Shown here: one piece after another, positions 12,627 to 26,200 of the stretch
Position numbering within the stretch: position 1 is the stretch's first letter
How the letters are laid out: each line of letters begins with the position of its first letter
DNA from: Adineta vaga
Taxonomy: Eukaryota > Animalia > Rotifera
Length of the DNA: 64,000 nucleotides
Assembly: GCA_021613535.1 (NCBI GenBank)
Contig: CP075493.1
Location: forward strand, 12,090,001 to 12,154,000
Direction of reading: 5' to 3'
Position numbers and translations under genes: made by a program
Notes under the pieces: generated by a model
Database searches by the model: none
Told to the model about the DNA's origin: nothing
What the model saw: only the letters and a program-made list of their open reading frames with translations

Positions 12627-13665
12627 ATGTCTAAGTGTCGATTGGTAACAGTCGTTGGAGCGACCGGAGCGCAGGGAAGTGCTGTTGTACGAGCATTAGC
12701 GAACACAGGCAACTACAAAGTGATAGAAACTTCATACATAATTTTATTCTAGAAATATAGTCTTGTTTCTCTCTCAAAAGATTCGTGGTTTAACACGTAA
12801 TGTTTCAAGTGAAAAAGCGCAAGCATTGAAACAGTTAAGTAGTGATATTGAAATGGTTGAATGTGACATAACAAAATATGACGATGTCAAGCGTGCATTC
12901 AAAGATTCATGGGCTATATTTGCATTAACGGATCCTTCGACAAATCCTGATCAACTCGAACTCGAAAAACAACAAGGTTTTATCATGGCTGATGCAGCTG
13001 ATACACTTCACATTCCTTATTACATTTTCAGTACTGTCGAAGATGTTAAGAAACTGAGCAATGGAAAATTGTAAGTGTAAACTTCAAAACATTATCTATT
13101 TCAAATCCTTTTCTGCAGCGATATACCAATTTTCACTCACAAAGCAGAGGTAACGAATTATATCAAAGAAAAACATCCAAACTTGAAAACTATCTTTGTT
13201 GAACCTGCTATGTATATGCAAAATTGGCGAAATGCTGGAAAACTACCTCGATTAGATGATGGAACAGTAATCTTTGCAGCTCCAATCGATCAAAAGGCTA
13301 AGCTAAATTTAGTAGATATTGATGATATTGGTCCTATTGTTTGTGAAATTTTAACAAACCCAGAAAATTTTATTGGAGAATATATTTGCGTATGTGGTGA
13401 TGAAATTACTTTAGAAAATATGTCGCAGACTTTTACTAAAGTCACTGGAATTCTAGCAATAGCGAAAACATTATCAGAAGAAGAATTTCGAACAGTAACT
13501 AAACATCTTCCCAAAACGTTGCAAGACAACGTCTTTGGCATGCATAAATGGATAGAAGAATACGGTTATTATGGGAAAGACAAAGATTGGACAAACGGAC
13601 AGAAATTAACACAATTAAATACATTCGAGCAATGGCTTAGAAAAACTAAATGGAGAGGTGAATAA
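12627..13665 (+). CDS. NmrA-like NAD(P)-binding Rossmann protein (3 exons; introns 12720-12780, 13071-13118)
   Basis: VVGATGAQGSAVVRAL, KIRGLTRN..SEKAQAL, E..QG..MADAA, F.HKAEV..YI, YMQNW, VDIDDIG, FEQWL. Splicing keeps the frame. Confidence 0.9.
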
Positions 13666-13800
13666 TAACATATGCATAAGCGTTTATTTCGTGATAGAAA
13701 TTCTACATTCAAAAAGAAAGATTTCATCATTAAAGCAACATCAGTGGCGAAAATAAATATTTCAGCCGTCTTTTTGTCGTTTATATAAGAATAAACAAAT

Positions 13801-16800
13801 TTAAAAGTCCCATATTCGTTCTAATTGCCTAATTACTTCTAGGAATTCTTTCCGATACAATGGCGATGGTCAACATATACGATAAAAATCAATGTCGAAG
13901 GAATATACGAGATAAAATAACTCAAAAGATACAACCATGAACTTTGAGATGCTTTCACACATCGAAATAATAACGATATCACAACAAAAGGTAATGCTAA
14001 CACAATCAATATCACAGGACTAATCACCAAATGTTTATGTTGATTCAATTGTTCTTTCAAATGTTGAAAACGACTTTTGTATGTTCGAGTTATTGCTCGT
14101 TGACGAGTAATTCTATAGATGATGCAGAATGCAGAGAGAATATTGATAACGAATGGAATGCACAAGTGAAAAAATGAAACGACTGTCGTATAGATATATA
14201 ATGTGGACGAATGAAGAGTGACACACCAAACACGTCCTTCTTCGACATCATCAAACAGATCACGAGAAAGACATTCATACACATTCGATCCCATAATTAA
14301 CAATGGTAAAACAAGTACGATTCGTCGAGCAACATACGTACTAGTTGATTTACTAAAATGAATGCCTTTCGAAGCATTCACTACACGTTCGATCGATACA
14401 CATGCATTCAACCAACTATTCATCCACACGAATAGTTTGAGTAAGGGCTCAAGCAATAAACATCCATATCGAAGAACAACACGATTCGTTGACACATTCA
14501 TTTGAGAAAGTAGAACAAACCAAAACTTCATCATCAACATCGTCAAAGTAAGAAGAGAAGTTATCGATAATGTAAACAGATAGATGCCACATCCCACTTG
14601 TCGAGAATCGACACGAGAAAATGTAGCAAGTGAAAGAATACTATTCACAAAACCAAGAATAAATAAAGTCAAAATGCAAAGTATACTTGTCTTGATCATT
14701 ACTGACTGATTAATGATACGAAGATTTGGACGAATTTCATATCGAAACAAATCATCAAGTGTGAGTCCAATTCCTTTGGCATAGAACTGACATCGATCAC
14801 CAAAGAAACAATCAACACAATCACAAATCGTTGTGAGAGGACATGTTGGATGATCTTGTAAACATTGTCCACCATGTAAACAATGAACATTTCTTGAACA
14901 TTGAAAGTTGTTTCCATGATCGAATGGAAAACAATTAGCATAGTTTTCGGTTGTGCATAAGCACATATTTGATTCATCGAAGAAACATGGCAGATGACGA
15001 CGAGTTCGACATATAGTATGATACAATTTGATTCGATCGATTTTCATCAGTTTGATTTGTTTTGAAGTGAGGAGTTCGTTGACGGAAAGACATTGTCGAG
15101 TTGAATCAATGGCAGTTGAGATGTTGTATACTTCCGATTTGTTGAAGCACAGCTAGAAAATATTTATTATTGGTCAAAATGAAAACCATCTGAAATGGAT
15201 GTTGCGAATATATGGTAATATTCGTTTGCATCCTGCTTAATTTCCTTAATATTCTTTGTTGTGCTTCTGGTGGTTCAGATTGAATATTAGAATAAATATA
15301 AGCCAATAAATACGAGGAAAATCCTCTATCATACAATTCTATATACAATCTTGATTTCGAGTATTCGCATCTTTTTCCACGAAATTCTTCTGTACATAGA
15401 CATTCATAGCTATTATCGGTAACTATTTCTCCGTTACAACACATTGACCACCATTTCGACAATAGTTTACTGGACACGAGTGTTCAAGTAAACAGCGAGA
15501 ACCGAACTTTCCAAGAGGACAAATACAAATCGAACGATTCTTCACATTACCAACACACTTCGAATCAGACGAACAGTCATTGCAGTCAATCGGTATATGA
15601 CACTCAGCACCTGACCAACCTCGACGACATTCACAGAAATACTTTTCTTCGTTCATATACTTCATACAGACACCATGTTCACATGGGAGAGAACAAGAAC
15701 TTGACTGAACAGCTCGATTCGTTCCCAAAGTCAACACAACAGCAAGTCGATTCACAGGAAGAAAACTAAAAGCAACTTTGAAATACCAACTTGAAATATA
15801 TTCCAATGAGATCTTATCATACACATCGATGTGAATAGTGTAGTTTCTCGATAGATTCTTCGGCCGAGTCGAATACAGAAGATATCGATCAAATGGTTGA
15901 CCACATGTTGTTTTCGAAACATAGATGATTTGTTCATAAGATTGTATTTCTTGGCGGTGATGATTATCATCATCATCGATTAATTTAATGAAAATAGCAT
16001 AAATATGATGTTTATTAATGGCTAAGAATGTTAATGTAAGACTCACACGTTGGTTTTGATATTGACACATATTTCCATAGTAGTTTGGTGGACACATACA
16101 AATCGACGTATAACTTGTATTTCCTAGGCGTAGGTACAGTGATGAACCTCGAGTGCATGGTGACGATGCAATAACGTTCTTGAATGGAAAAATGATTTCA
16201 TCTCCATCATTACGTAATCTGCTCGGCAAATGAGGAATACGATTCATGATTTGATTTTCAATGATTGGATAGATTTGAGATGTTTCTAATGTAAACGCAA
16301 CACGTTCTAGTGTACTGATTCGACAAAGAATACTTTTGAGTTCTGTTAGATTATAATGAGTCCATTCATTACATAGTTCGACATCGGATATTTCATCGTT
16401 TCCATTACAGATCATAGAAGAATCAATACACTTCGCCTCATCAAAACAACGAAAATTATACGAGATTCCACCATAAAAGTTCACTGTTTGACATAGATGA
16501 AATTCATCCAGACCTCCAAGACAATCAACAATGCCATTTCGAACTTGATTTGCTGATAAACATATCTTTGTGTGATTCAATGGTGAGGTGCACTCAAGAT
16601 GATGACGATGAGAACAGTTGGATGATCGACAGTTTTCTTCATCTTCACCATTTGGACAATCCCAGACCCCATTACATCGTGTATAAATAGTATTACATGG
16701 CCAGTAATCACACTTAGTCTCATCTGTCTGAAGTCGTCCATCGATTGACTGTGGTGTAAGGTCAATCATTCCATTGCATATTTGATTGAATAAGATATTA

Positions 16801-18296
16801 TCACTATTCTTGCCTTCAGTATGTGCGGATAACGGTCGATTGGAGCATCCAAAACGATATGGATCATCAAGTGAACAGCTTAATTCAAAGTCACGTTCAT
16901 CATCTTCCAAATGACAATCTACAATATTGTCAACAATTCGATGTTTCGAAATATATTTAGATGTATTTTTACATCGATATAATGACACATGTTTGGGATC
17001 ATATTGATCAGTATATCTAGCATTACAACCATAGAAATAAGGTTTCACTGTATCAATGATTGCTTTCCAACTAAGATACTCAGCATTCATTGTAAATCCC
17101 ATTTCATGAGCATGTCGACATGCATGAGATTCGAAGCGAAATGTTGGTGAAAGATAATCACACAGTCGTTCGTCATAACAAATATAATCGGGTGCGAGAG
17201 CAGAGGATATGCTTATTTCGAGAACATCTTTTGGGCGATAAAGAAAATGAACATGACCATAGAGAACAGGAGTGATAGGAAAGTGAATGAGATCGTCACA
17301 AGTATGAAGATGATGAATAGCGTCAAGTGAGTGAAAGAATTCTACACATTGTGTTTCATGTATTTGATGACTAATTCTAGTGAGACAGATCAAAGCAAGC
17401 CAACAGTTGTGTGATAGATTTCCTTGAACAATCAATGATTTGAAAAGCATCAAATGTCGTCCATTGTCACACTGTTCGTAGTCTTCGACACATTGTCCAT
17501 CACCACATGAGAATGTATTTCGACCGGGTGGACAAGTATTTTCTTCACAATGAAATAAACTCGATGGCGAACCATGAGTTGGACAAGGAAGTGTATTGAA
17601 TGCATCTGATTGATCAAGACATGCTCCAGTGATTTGTTCGGCTGTTCGATAGTATTCCGGAATGCATAATCCATTATGACATCGATATTCATTTGGTTGA
17701 CATTCATTGATTTCTAGATCGAAACAATGTACTTCATCGATACCACCATCATTCAGGCAATCGATGCGACCATCACATATTTCACGCCAATCCAGACAAA
17801 GATAGCTTCCACCACGATCACATTCTAGTAGAGCGTAACATGTAGAGTTAGTTGCAGGCAAATTGAGTTTGAGCTCAATCGATGGTTGTAGTTGATCGAT
17901 CTGAAAAGAATATTGGCATCGAGATCCAAACCATGGTTGTGTACAATTGTAGAATAGTTGATTTGGTTGAAGAGATTGATTGTGTTGCTGAATATGATGT
18001 TGATACTGTTCAGCGAGATCGATCGAAGCAGACCAAATGAAAAGTTGATATGCAGTGACATTCATTTGATGTAGCTGATGGAATGTAAAATTGTGCTCTT
18101 GTGTGTTGAAATAATCTGTTGTAATGAGATGAGTATGATCTGTTGGACGAAGACAGTATTCAGTTTTAATAAGTGTATTTAAACGGATTGAATAAAATCG
18201 TAAACAATCATGTTGTAAATGATTGGTGATGTAAAAGTTGAAATGAGATTCGACTCTTATCGATAAGAAAAATATCGGCCATATAAGTGTCAACAT
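13801..18296 (-). CDS. LDLa/EGF-repeat rhodopsin-type GPCR, copy 1; three single-base frameshifts (~15430, ~15139, ~13871); pseudogene or assembly error
   Basis: Collinear and nearly identical to the intact copy at 23296-27801 (offset 9496-9505). Correcting the indels gives a ~1500 aa ORF ending LPSPLYRKEFLEVIRQLERIWDF* at 13801. Confidence 0.85.
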
Positions 18297-19429
18297 TGTT
18301 TTAGTATGAAATGTTCTGTCTTTGTTAGTCTGGTAAGATTAGTTTATTCTTAGAATAAGACGTTATGTAAGAGAACTACATATGATACACGTTCAGTAAA
18401 TGTTAACAACCTTGTCATGTTTTTTTTTCTTAACGTTCGTATTCATTTATAAGAATTGCATCAATCTTTTTCCAAGGAAAGTTCCTTTCTAAGAATAGAA
18501 ATACGATGTAATCATTCATCACTTTGTATTAATTTTGTCATTCTATTTGCGATTTATTAAGTCACTTCAAGGATTGTAGAATATATAATTAACATTACTA
18601 GTTCGTTCTATGAAAGAAAGTTCTCCTTTTCTCATTTCATCAATTTTATCAAAAACTAAGGGCAAAATATGTTTTTAGAGCTTTGTATCAGTAAATTTGT
18701 TTTACTCATTGTACGCATTTCATAAGTGAATTGATGACGTTCTTTCAACAACTTTATATTCTACAAAGTTGCGTAATTTTTTTCCCTTTGATTTATAATA
18801 GACATGATGCAATAAGAATGTTTGTTCATATTTTTTTCCTTACCACAATGAATGACTAATAGTTTCTCGAGAATAGGTCGGAAGTAAAAGAATTAAAAAG
18901 AAGAGAACTTTAACTTTTGATTTAATAAACATATTTTATTCATTCAAATGATTTTTTCTAAATCAGCTCTTACACGCTCAAAATGCTGTTATTATGAAGA
19001 CTATGCAGAACGATTGTTATTCAGTATACTGAAATGCATCTACAATATTTTACAAAAGAAATATCGAATCCTTTGTTACTTCCAGGGTGAGTTGATTTCA
19101 GATCGTCGTAGCAGTATCGTAGGATGCATAGAGTAGAAAGATCAATCATATATTTCCTACAATTTCATGTGTACTACGGCCGATCTCGCTCACAACTTTA
19201 TCCGATTATGTTTAGCATTTGTTATAAAATGATGCATCTGGTTGATATAACAATTTGAAGCCTTTAATCAAATGGCTCATTAGGAATAAATTATATTTTG
19301 AGATTATTCTAACATATTCGTATTTAAAATACAACGTAAATTCAAAAAACGGTACTATCTGTTATAGCGTAATTACGGAGGAAGCAAGTTGCGCTCAGCT
19401 TTATCGTCATCAAAAGTCTGACTATGCTT

Positions 19430-19809
19430 CTAATAAGTTAGTGGACAGCGGCTAACAGAACCACTACAGTGAAGACCATTCACAAAACCATTTTTACTAT
19501 TTCGTAAAACTAACATATACCATCTGGGACTACTTTTAGGCACGCTTGGACTCGGCTTTCTAAGAACATAGCAATTGCTTGAGTAGTCATGATCTCTATA
19601 GACGAAACTCAATGGAGTACACTGGTATGATGGACATGCATACACACGCGTCCATTGCTGACATGAAATAGTACCGGAAATATTCTATGAAAGTGAGAAA
19701 GAAAGCAACATGAGAATTAATTCATCCTAACATTTATTCATACCTGACAATAAGCACACATAATGAGCAGTAGGGTGATAAATGACTGGAGGAGCAGTTT
19801 ATTGGCCAT
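19430..19809 (-). CDS. Small secreted 6-Cys protein, bacterial SH3 (SH3b)-like, copy A (106 aa; intron 19685-19743)
   Basis: Exon 1 MANKLLLQSFITLLLIMCAYCQ (signal peptide), then GTATGA...TAG intron, then exon 2 NISGTISCQQWTRVYACPSYQC...RWYMLVLRNSKNGFVNGLHCSGSVSRCPLTY*. A paralog at 28863-29265 has the same intron. Confidence 0.8.
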
Positions 19810-21543
19810 TTGGTCGTACCACGATTGAGCTTTGTTCGTTTACTGATGATCCGTTGTATTACAACAGTTTTATATGTGCCGTAATTGACTTCATTTTGGA
19901 ATCGACCGAAACTGTAAAAATACATTTTGAAATACACCTTTCGTAAGTAATTTTTGCCCAGACTGTACATAAATCATGCAGAAGAGGTAAGAATTCTAAC
20001 ACTTATAGAAACTCAATGGAATTAAAAACCGCATAAAACTTGGAAGGAAAACTAATCATTTTCTTCTGAAAAACAAAGGGTTTATTTCCGCTGAATTTCA
20101 ATCGCGACGATACGCTAACGAACCTAGTTTGTTTATTTAACAAAAAATACGCACCCGTGCTGCACATGTATACTATACGGAGTTTTAAAAAATTGTGACT
20201 TATATTTCTTGCGGTAATTGAATACCATCTGCTCGATTTTTCGTTCATTCGTAATCTTATTGAACGATCATCGGATGTCTTATTTTTTGAGACGCGAATA
20301 AAAACACCTATGAAGTTCGGAGATAGAAATTCGCATTCCCTTTGTCCCTCACCGATGATTAGAACACGCAAGATTACTCCTAAGAGAACCCTTGAAATTT
20401 CGTTCATTAGCTGTATTAATGTCTTCATACATTTTCAAATTTGTCAGAATCTGCAAATGTGATGACAGGAACTTATCATAATTGTTAAATGATGTAAATA
20501 GTGAACATTAATATTACAACTTATAGTTTCGAAGAAATGATGCTATTCTATCTATGCTAGATCGGCTAATGAGTGGAGCTGTTGTATTAAAGATAGAGAA
20601 ACAAACGATTGTTTTGTTCTTTTTTTTTCATACTCACATCATTGATGAATTCTCTATAAGAAAAATTTCATTGTACTTTCAATCTCGATCAAATAAATTC
20701 ATCTCTTTTGAAAATATAAGCAGCAATTAAAGTGTGTGAAAGCTTTCAAATCAACTGTGATTTTTCCCTCGCTCTGCTTTTTCAGTTTCCTGTTCGTACG
20801 AAAATAAATCGTTTCAGTTTTCTTTCTCCTGCTCATCTTTGATTTATCTCTTTTAATAGGCTATACATTCGTGCAATAATCATTCGATTTAGTGGTATTT
20901 TCATGTTCATATGCATTTGTTATCGAATTGTAAACATTTTATCGTTGTGGGTAGATTCACACCATCATCATACCCCCATTCCAAGACATATTTTTAACAG
21001 TGTGATTGTACAAACATCGATTCTGCTTTCAAACATTCTTTTGCAAAAGAATCAGTCACATTTTAAGGACTTTTTATACAGCATGTCTTTGAATTGATCC
21101 GAAATTTTTCTGAGAAATTTCTAGCTCTTATTCATATATGAATATTAAATAGTAGGGTTTGAAGTCGAGTTTAACTTCATTCTCATGATTTTCATGAAAA
21201 TAGTGTAGTTAGTTGGATGAATATCTGACTTTTTTTAGAATCTTGAAAAAGAATTATTCAATAGATATAACAACAGATAGATGTTATTATTTTATTTTTG
21301 ATCTGAATCATTGAGTTTATCTTTTACGAATGAAATGGAAGAAAAGTGATCTGTCATGTGATTGGCGTGGCTATTCCACATATCTAAGAATAATGCTTTT
21401 ATTATATACACTTGTTTCATATGAGTTAGATCACGATTTATTTCAGTTTTTTTATCTTGAAGATGGGTTTTATTTTATTTATATGTTTAATAAATAAAAT
21501 ATCGTCATTACTATATTCATATCCTCGAGTTACGAGAAGCTTT

Positions 21544-22408
21544 TTATTCTGCATAAGGGAGAAGAGTTTTAATTAAGTTTGTCCGATCATAATCAATAAT
21601 GATTTTTACATCTCGATATTCAATTATTCTTCATCCTCATTGTTTAGTATTTGTCTCCAGATATAGTTCAAAATCTCACCATTCACCAATTTTTGAATCG
21701 ATTGCATCGCAAGTTACCAAAGAATCACGAAAGATTTTTCCATATATATCCGTTCGACGTAAATAAATCGACATGATACGATGAATTTCTTTTAATGAGG
21801 CATTCCTGCTTTTATCAGTACAAGTTCCTTATATTTATCCGTTGGATAACGTACATTGTGACATATATTTTTCGAGAGGAAAAACTTCTCTTTCATGCTC
21901 TTATCTTGTAGCACTAACCAGGTCGATTCCACATTACTATCCAAATTGAATGCTGTACTAGTAATTCGATCATTTTTTTTTAGGTACAACGTTATCATCT
22001 GCAAATCCAACTTGTACGATTAATCGACGTATTTGAAATTTTCTAGTTTGAATAGCTTTACTAACATTATTATGATTCTTCTATGGTTGTTGATTCATAT
22101 ATGGTTTGAAATGAAATCTCGAAAGACTTGGTTTGGCATTCATGTTAAATACACCTAAGGGTAGATCAGCACGACTAAATAGCGACAATACATGTCGAAT
22201 AAAACCAACTTGATCAGATGTACCCGGTACGACAGTAACAGTTTTAAGGTTAATAACTAATAGATGAACTCGAAGAAGAGTAAAAATTCATCCATGTCAC
22301 CAGTTTTCATGTCAAATACAATTTGTAAGCGTTCGTTGATATAAAAATGTTCGAGATTTTCAATTGATTGCTTTTATTAAAATGATCCCAATCGAAAGCT
22401 GTTGCCAT
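21544..22408 (-). pseudogene. Decayed inosine/uridine-preferring nucleoside hydrolase-like gene
   Basis: Fragments in shifting frames: IVFDMKTGDMDEF (cf. DMETxDPDD), INLKTVTVVPGTSDQVGFIR, LIVQVGFADDNVVP, TAFNLDS, SKNICHNV, GKIFRDSLVTCDAID (cf. HDPLA..AID). Multiple stops (GEW*DF, KQ*G*R) and frameshifts. Confidence 0.75.
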
Positions 22409-23295
22409 GATTATACTATTGTTTTTATTGTTGTTATTTCGCAAAGAAAATTCAATCGTCAAACTATGTTACTGTATATGAACAAACTCAATGGAGACAA
22501 TTTTCAAATTAAAAAAAAAGTGTTACATTCGAATAAATACCTGTTGAAAATCCATGATCTCTACAAAATTATATAAACTTACAATATATGTCACAAGTTT
22601 GAGTTGAGTAATCAAAAAAATAGTTAGTTATATGAGTTATTAGTGGACTTAGGTACTCTTTTTCTTCCTTCACCTTTAAATACTTGCCTATGATTGTGAA
22701 ACTAGCATAGTATGAACATTCTTTTTACTTAAAAAAAGACAACATATTCCTATTCGAAATGTCTTTCATCCATTCAATTTTTGTTTCGTAGTTGCTAACT
22801 ATATGTATCATCCTGACGGTGACGGATACTGACGAAAACTACCATTTTCCTTGCTTAAAAAATGAATAACAGAAGAAATTTCATGAATGAAAAACAACAA
22901 AACATGTTAGTAAGGATAGAAGTATATAAAGATATATCAGTCAACGTGGACAATGAAAAACGGCTTCGAGGATACGAAACATGTGCTTATGTTCACATTT
23001 GATAATGAGCATCTACCATAAAAATAACAGCCGATATAGTGAAATATTAGTTGAAAAAGAAAGATTATTATGTAAAAGATAACCGTTTTACAAGTGAAAC
23101 GAAATAATTACGTCTGAAGAATGATTTAGAATAACGGATTTGATAGATGGTTAGTCGCTCAAATATTCATTTTTCACTTCAACTATGATATTGTACACTT
23201 CTAATACAGAAAGAGTATTTCACTAGCAAGCAATACATCAATTCGCGAAAGGGATATCGATCATTTATCGTATATCGTTTAGCAAAGAAGAAATC

Positions 23296-26200
23296 CTAAC
23301 AGCTACTAAGTCCACGCCATTTCTTAACCGCTTCTAAGAATGCTCCTCGATACCATGGTGAAGGCAAAACATATATCATAAAAATCAATGTCGAAGGAAT
23401 ATACGAGATAAAATAACTCAAAAGATACAACCATGAACTTTGAGATGCTTTCACACATCGAAATAATAACGATATCACAACAAAAGGTAATGCTAACACA
23501 ATCAATATCACAGGACTAATCACCAAATGTTTATGTTGATTCAATTGTTCTTTCAAATGTTGAAAACGACTTTTGTATGTTCGAGTTATTGCTCGTTGAC
23601 GAGTAATTCTATAGATGATGCAGAATGCAGAGAGAATATTGATAACGAATGGAATGCACAAGTGAAAAAATGAAACCACTGTTGTATAGATGTATAATGT
23701 GGACGAATGAAGAGTGACACACCAAACACGTCCTTCTTCGACATCATCAAACAAATCACGAGAAAGACATTCATACACATTCGATCCCAGAATTAACAAT
23801 GGTAGAACAAGTACGATTCGTCGAGCAACATACATACTAGTTGATTTACTAAAATGAATTCCTTTCGAAGCATTCACTGCACGTTCGATCGATACACATG
23901 CATTCAACCAACTATTCGTCCACACAAATAGTTTGAGTAAGGGCTCAAGGAATAAACATCCATATCGAAGAACAACACGATTCGTTGACGCATTCATTTG
24001 AGAAAGTAGAACAAACCAAAACTTCAACATTAACATCGTTAGAGTAAGAAGAGAAGTTATCGATAATGTAAACAGATAGATGCCACATCCCACTTGCCGA
24101 GAATCGACACGAGAAAATGTAGCAAGTGAGAGAATACTATTCACAAAACCAAGAATAAATAAAGTCAAAATGAAAAATATACTTGTCTTGATCATTATTG
24201 ATTGGTCAATGATACGCACATTTGGACGGATTTCATATCGAAACAAATCATCAAGTGTAAGTCCAATTCCTTTGGCATAGAACTGACATCGATCACCAAA
24301 GAAACAATCAACACAATCACAAATCGTTGTGAGAGGACATGTTGGATGATCTTGTAAACATTGTCCACCATGTAAACAATGAACATTTCTTGAACATTGA
24401 AAGTTGTTTCCATGATCGAATGGAAAACAATTAGCATAGTTTTCGGTTGTGCATAAGCACATATTTGATTCATCGAAGAAACATTGCAGATGACGACGAG
24501 TTCGACATATAGTATGATACAATTTGATTCGATCGATTTTCCTCAGCTTCATTTCCTTTGAAGTGAGGAGTTCGTTGACGGAAAGACATTGTCGATTTGA
24601 ATCAATGACAGTTGAAATGTTGTATACTTCTGATCGGTGGAGCACAGCTAGAAAATATTTATTATTGAGCAGAATGAAAACCATCTGGAATGGATGTTGC
24701 GAATATATGGTAATATTCGTTTGCATTCTGCTTAATTTTTTGAACGTTGTTTGTGGTACTTCTGGTAGTTCAAATCGAACAAAAGAGTAAATGAATGCTA
24801 ACAAGTATGATGCAGCTTTTAACTGATGGAAACTAATATGTAATTGTAATTGTGAATATTCACATTTTCTGCCTTGGAATTCTTCTTTACATAAACATTC
24901 ATAGCTATTATCGGTAACTATTTCATCAGTTACAACACATTGACCACCATTTCGACAATAGTTTACTGGACACGAGTGTTCAAGTAAACAGCGAGAACCG
25001 AACTTCCCGAGAGGACAAATACAAATCGAACGATTCTTCACATTACCAACACACTTCGAATCAGACGAACAGTCATTGCAGTCAATCGGTATATGACACT
25101 TAGCACCTGACCAACCTCGACGACATTCACAGAAATACTTTTCTTCGTTCGTATACTTCATACAGACACCATGTTCACATGGGAGAGAACAAGAACTTGA
25201 CTGAACAGCTCGGTTCGTTCCCAAAGTCAACACAACAGCAAGTCGATTCACAGGAAGAAAACTAAAAGCAACTTTGAAATACCAACTTGAAATATATTCC
25301 AATGAGATCTTATCATACACATCGATGTGAATAGTATAGTTTTTCGAAAGATTCTTCGGCCGAGTCGAATACAAAAGATATCGATCAAATGGTTGACCAC
25401 ATGTTGTTTTCGAAACATAGATGATTTGTTCATAAGATTGTATTTCTTGGTGGTGATGATTATCATCATCATCATCATCATCGATTAATTTAATGAAAAT
25501 AGCATAAATATGATGTTTATTAATGGCTAAGAATGTTAATGTAAGACTCACACGTTGATTTTGATATTGACACATATTTCCATAGTAGTTTGGTGGACAC
25601 ATACAAATCGACGTATAACTTGCATCCCCGAGCCGTAGGTACAGTGGTGAACCTCGAGTACATCGTAATGATGATATGGTACGTCCGATCTCAAAACTGA
25701 CTCCATCTTCATTATCAAATAACTTGCTCGGCAAATGAGGAATACGATTCGTGATTTGATTTTGAATGACTGGATAGATTTGAGATGTTTCTAATGTAAA
25801 CGCAACACGTTCTAGTGTACCGATTCGACAAAGAATAATTTTGAGTTCTGTTAGATTATAATGAGTCCATTCGTTACACAGTTCGACATCGGACATTTCA
25901 TCATTTCCATTACAGATCATAGAAGAATCAATACACTTCGCCTCATGAAAACAACGAAAATTATACGAGATTCCACCATAAAAGTTCACTGTTTGACATA
26001 GATGAAATTCATCCAGACCTCCAAGACAATCAACAATGCCATTTCGAACTTGGTTTGCTGATAAACATATCTTTGTGTGATTCAATGGTGAGGTGCACTC
26101 AAGATGATGACGATGAGAACAGTTGGATGATCGACAGTTCTCTTCATCTTCACCATTTGGACAATCCCAGACCCCATTACATCGTGTATAAATAGTGTTG

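Noticed and set aside
15139-15430. Compensating -1/+1 frameshifts preserving GPCR copy 1
   Set aside because: The first shift hits TAG at 15423-15425 immediately, so no read-through product is possible as assembled.
20003-20428. 141-aa ORF on the minus strand
   Set aside because: No recognisable motifs, splice partners or counterpart in the duplicated unit; possibly a repeat remnant, but no TIR pair was found.
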